Shown: positions 61,523-64,000 of the stretch, piece by piece
Position numbering within the stretch: position 1 is the stretch's first letter
Layout: each line of letters opens with the position of its first letter
Origin: Moniliella sp. 'wahieum'
Lineage: Eukaryota
DNA length: 64,000 nucleotides
Reading direction: 5' to 3'
Assembly (NCBI GenBank): GCA_003971905.1
Contig: RSEE01000139.1
Location: 62,001-126,000 of the forward strand
The notes under the pieces: generated by a model
Database searches by the model: none
The model's input: the letters and a program-made list of their open reading frames with translations, nothing else
What the model was told of the DNA's origin: nothing
Program-made: the position numbers and the translations under genes

Positions 61523-61939
61523 CCCTTTCGTGTAGTAGTCTACCGACCGCGTCTCTTCTTCCTCTGCTCTTCCCCCTCGTGCGAGACTCTACAGTGGAGT
61601 GGTAGAGCGCTCTGCCTGTGAGCCGCTAGACCCTAACTGCCGGCCCCTACAGCTTACATGCCCCCAACCCATGGCCATTTCTCTTGTGCCGCTATTTCTA
61701 CGAATCCCTTTTCTCCCTCGTGGGCTTGTGCTTCTGCGTCACGTTATTCGGATGTCATCTTGTCTACACCAACTCCCAAAAGCCATGCATCTTGCTTGTT
61801 CTTGCCCAACATGTCACATGTTGCCAATGCAGCTCCGTGCGTTCCAGGACCACAAGGCGTTCGGCTGGAAAAGGTTCGAGCCCTCGGTTGGCTGGACTGG
61901 ATACTAGGCACTGGGAAGCGGGCAGTTGCATCTTATAGG

Positions 61940-63560
61940 GGCTCAGGCGCTCAGGCGCTCAGGCTGAGCTATGATATTGACGGATGACTTGGACGACCGA
62001 CAGGAGAATGCGTGGGAGGCCTTGCCGCCGCGAAACGGGGGCCAATGTACCTAGCCCGTTAAACTACTCGATTGGTTGGTCCGGTAGTTAGGGGTCAGTA
62101 CTCAGTCGCTGACCCGATCAGAATGTGTTGAGCGTTAGTACGTTGAATGTTACGCTTATACGCCAACGCGTCAACGTTCACGTTAAGCGTTAAGCGCTAA
62201 GCCTTAAGTAGCGCAGCAGAGAGAAGAGCCGCGGCTTCCTAGGGACTTGAAGAGCTTGAAGCTTGAAGCTTGACACCCAGGGTTGGATGGAGTAGGTCGA
62301 TTAAATACCGAATGAACCAGGGGCACCAGCAGGGACACTCAAGGAAGGGGCAGGGACGCCGACGCTAAGTACGTTAAACGTTAAACGTTGAACGTTGAAG
62401 CTTTGAAGCTCATCTGGGCAAGATGGCCAGATAGAAGGATGCCCTTGGAAACGGTGCAAAACAGGGAGGGAGCATCGAGCACACGGCTATGCTGGTGCCG
62501 CACGTGCTGGCCCAGAAGAGGCGGTGTACGGAATATAAGGATGTGCGCCTCCATCATGCATCGCTAGCACTAGTCACTAGCTCGTTAGGAAAAGTGAATG
62601 AGTGCGCTGCCTTCGACGGCCTGGGTCTTCTGAAGCAGGGCGCAGTGCGGGAACGCCGTAGCTTGAACAATGGCCCCGTGGTGCAGATGTGCAAGTTGCG
62701 CCAGACCGCCAGTTTGATCGCAGCTGGTACCAGTAAGTTGGTACTAATACTTCGTGGACTCTGTACTCAGTGTACTCACGTACTTAAGAGTTGAGTTACT
62801 CACAGTACCTCAAGCCTCAGGCGGCCTCAGGCTCAGTACCGAGTACTGATTAATAACTGATTGCATCGGCTGCTGCGTGGCGCCTCGGAGCGTTAGAGAG
62901 TACGTATCTCAGAGAGAGGATCTCAGATGTCATCATGTCATCGAATCGACGATCTCGGTACGGAGTCGGGACTTGTTAGTAGTGACTAGTGACTAGTGAC
63001 TAGTGGCTCCAGCTAGTGACGAGTGACTAGTGACTAGTAACGCGTAACGCTTCATAACGATGGGACGTTGGGAGTGGTTGGAACGCCCCATGCGCAGCGC
63101 CGACAGCCTCCATTGCCGGTTTCATAACCTCTTCAGTTTAATCGAATCCCTGTCGCTCCCTACCACCCTACCTTACGAGCTTTGATGTGCCCCGTACCGG
63201 TGACGGATGGTGGGTGGTTGATACTCAAAACGGAATGTACTGAATCGATAGTCGATAGTCCTTGGTAAATTTGAAAGCTCAATAGCGAATGCAGTGCCCC
63301 GTGCTGAGTGGCTGAGCCTTGCTGCGCCGTTGCGGGCATGTTGAGCAGCGGCCTGCAGCGGCTGAGCGGCTGCCTGCGCCTGCTGCGCCCGCTCTGGAAC
63401 CTGGGGTGTCCGGTGTGTGGCTTGAAAAATCCCGAAGATAGGGGCGGGAACGCCCATTGTACTACGTTCAACGTTCAACGTAGTGTTCGTTCGAACGTCG
63501 TTGAGGTTGAACTTGATGCGGTTCTCATCGATCATCGACTATCGACCATCGATTCTCCAT
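61940..63560. repeat. Longest patchwork of palindrome-core heptamer arrays
   Basis: TCAGTACTCAGT, TAAGCGTTAAGCGCTAAG, TGAAGCTTGAAGCTTGA, TAAACGTTAAACGTTGAACGTTGAA, (TGACTAG)3, TAACGCGTAACGC, TCAACGTTCAACG, TCATCGATCATCGA. Confidence 0.88.
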
Positions 63561-64000
63561 GATGATGTTGATGATGCAGATGCCGGGGGCATCTGGTGCA
63601 TCGTTCTTTGATGCTGGGATGGTCGATGGGGGCTCTGACGCATCCTCAGGCTCAGGCCTCATGAAGACGAAGTCTGAATACTCAGACTTACTGATGCTAA
63701 ACAGACTCATACGCAATCGCTCTAAGATCCCATCGCGCTCAGTCGAACAGCGATCTTACCGTCTTGCCCGTGTGTGGACGGAGATCCAAGAACCTCCTCT
63801 GCTTGGTTTTCGGGGCCGACGGGTCGAAGGGTGTCCCAGTGTTGGGAACGTTGAGCGGGGAGTACATGGTGCAGACATAATACGTACCTGGTGGGGGGTG
63901 TGGCCTGGTGTGGCCTGGTGCACCTGGGAGGCAGGCTGGCTGGCAGCAGCCATCGGCGCAGTGTAGCGCACATCATGCATGATCGTCATGCACCATGCCG

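Overview
Eukaryotic, GC-rich fungal genomic DNA, probably a basidiomycete and possibly Ustilaginomycotina (inference from protein style and short GT-AG introns with CTRAC branch points). The assembly carries many 1-2 bp indels, so nearly every gene is split over several ORFs and CDS limits are reconstructed by eye. Recognisable genes: IMP3, SGD1/NOM1, MRPL25 (mL59), a PAM2-CCCH-Smr protein, an SDR, YAF9, a bZIP factor, MSP1, a GH79-like protein, a Kex2-repeat secreted protein, a GH128-like protein, a Dal5-family MFS transporter, a Cys/Met PLP enzyme, acyl-CoA oxidase, a degenerate PL14 lyase and a divergent eIF4E. Non-coding: an intronic C/D snoRNA with the snR63/U46 guide, an adjacent structured RNA candidate and an atypical tRNA. 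The most striking unexplained signal is a shared intergenic grammar: 7-nt-period micro-arrays of T-N-A plus a 4-bp palindrome, recurring with about a dozen different cores in most long intergenic spacers.
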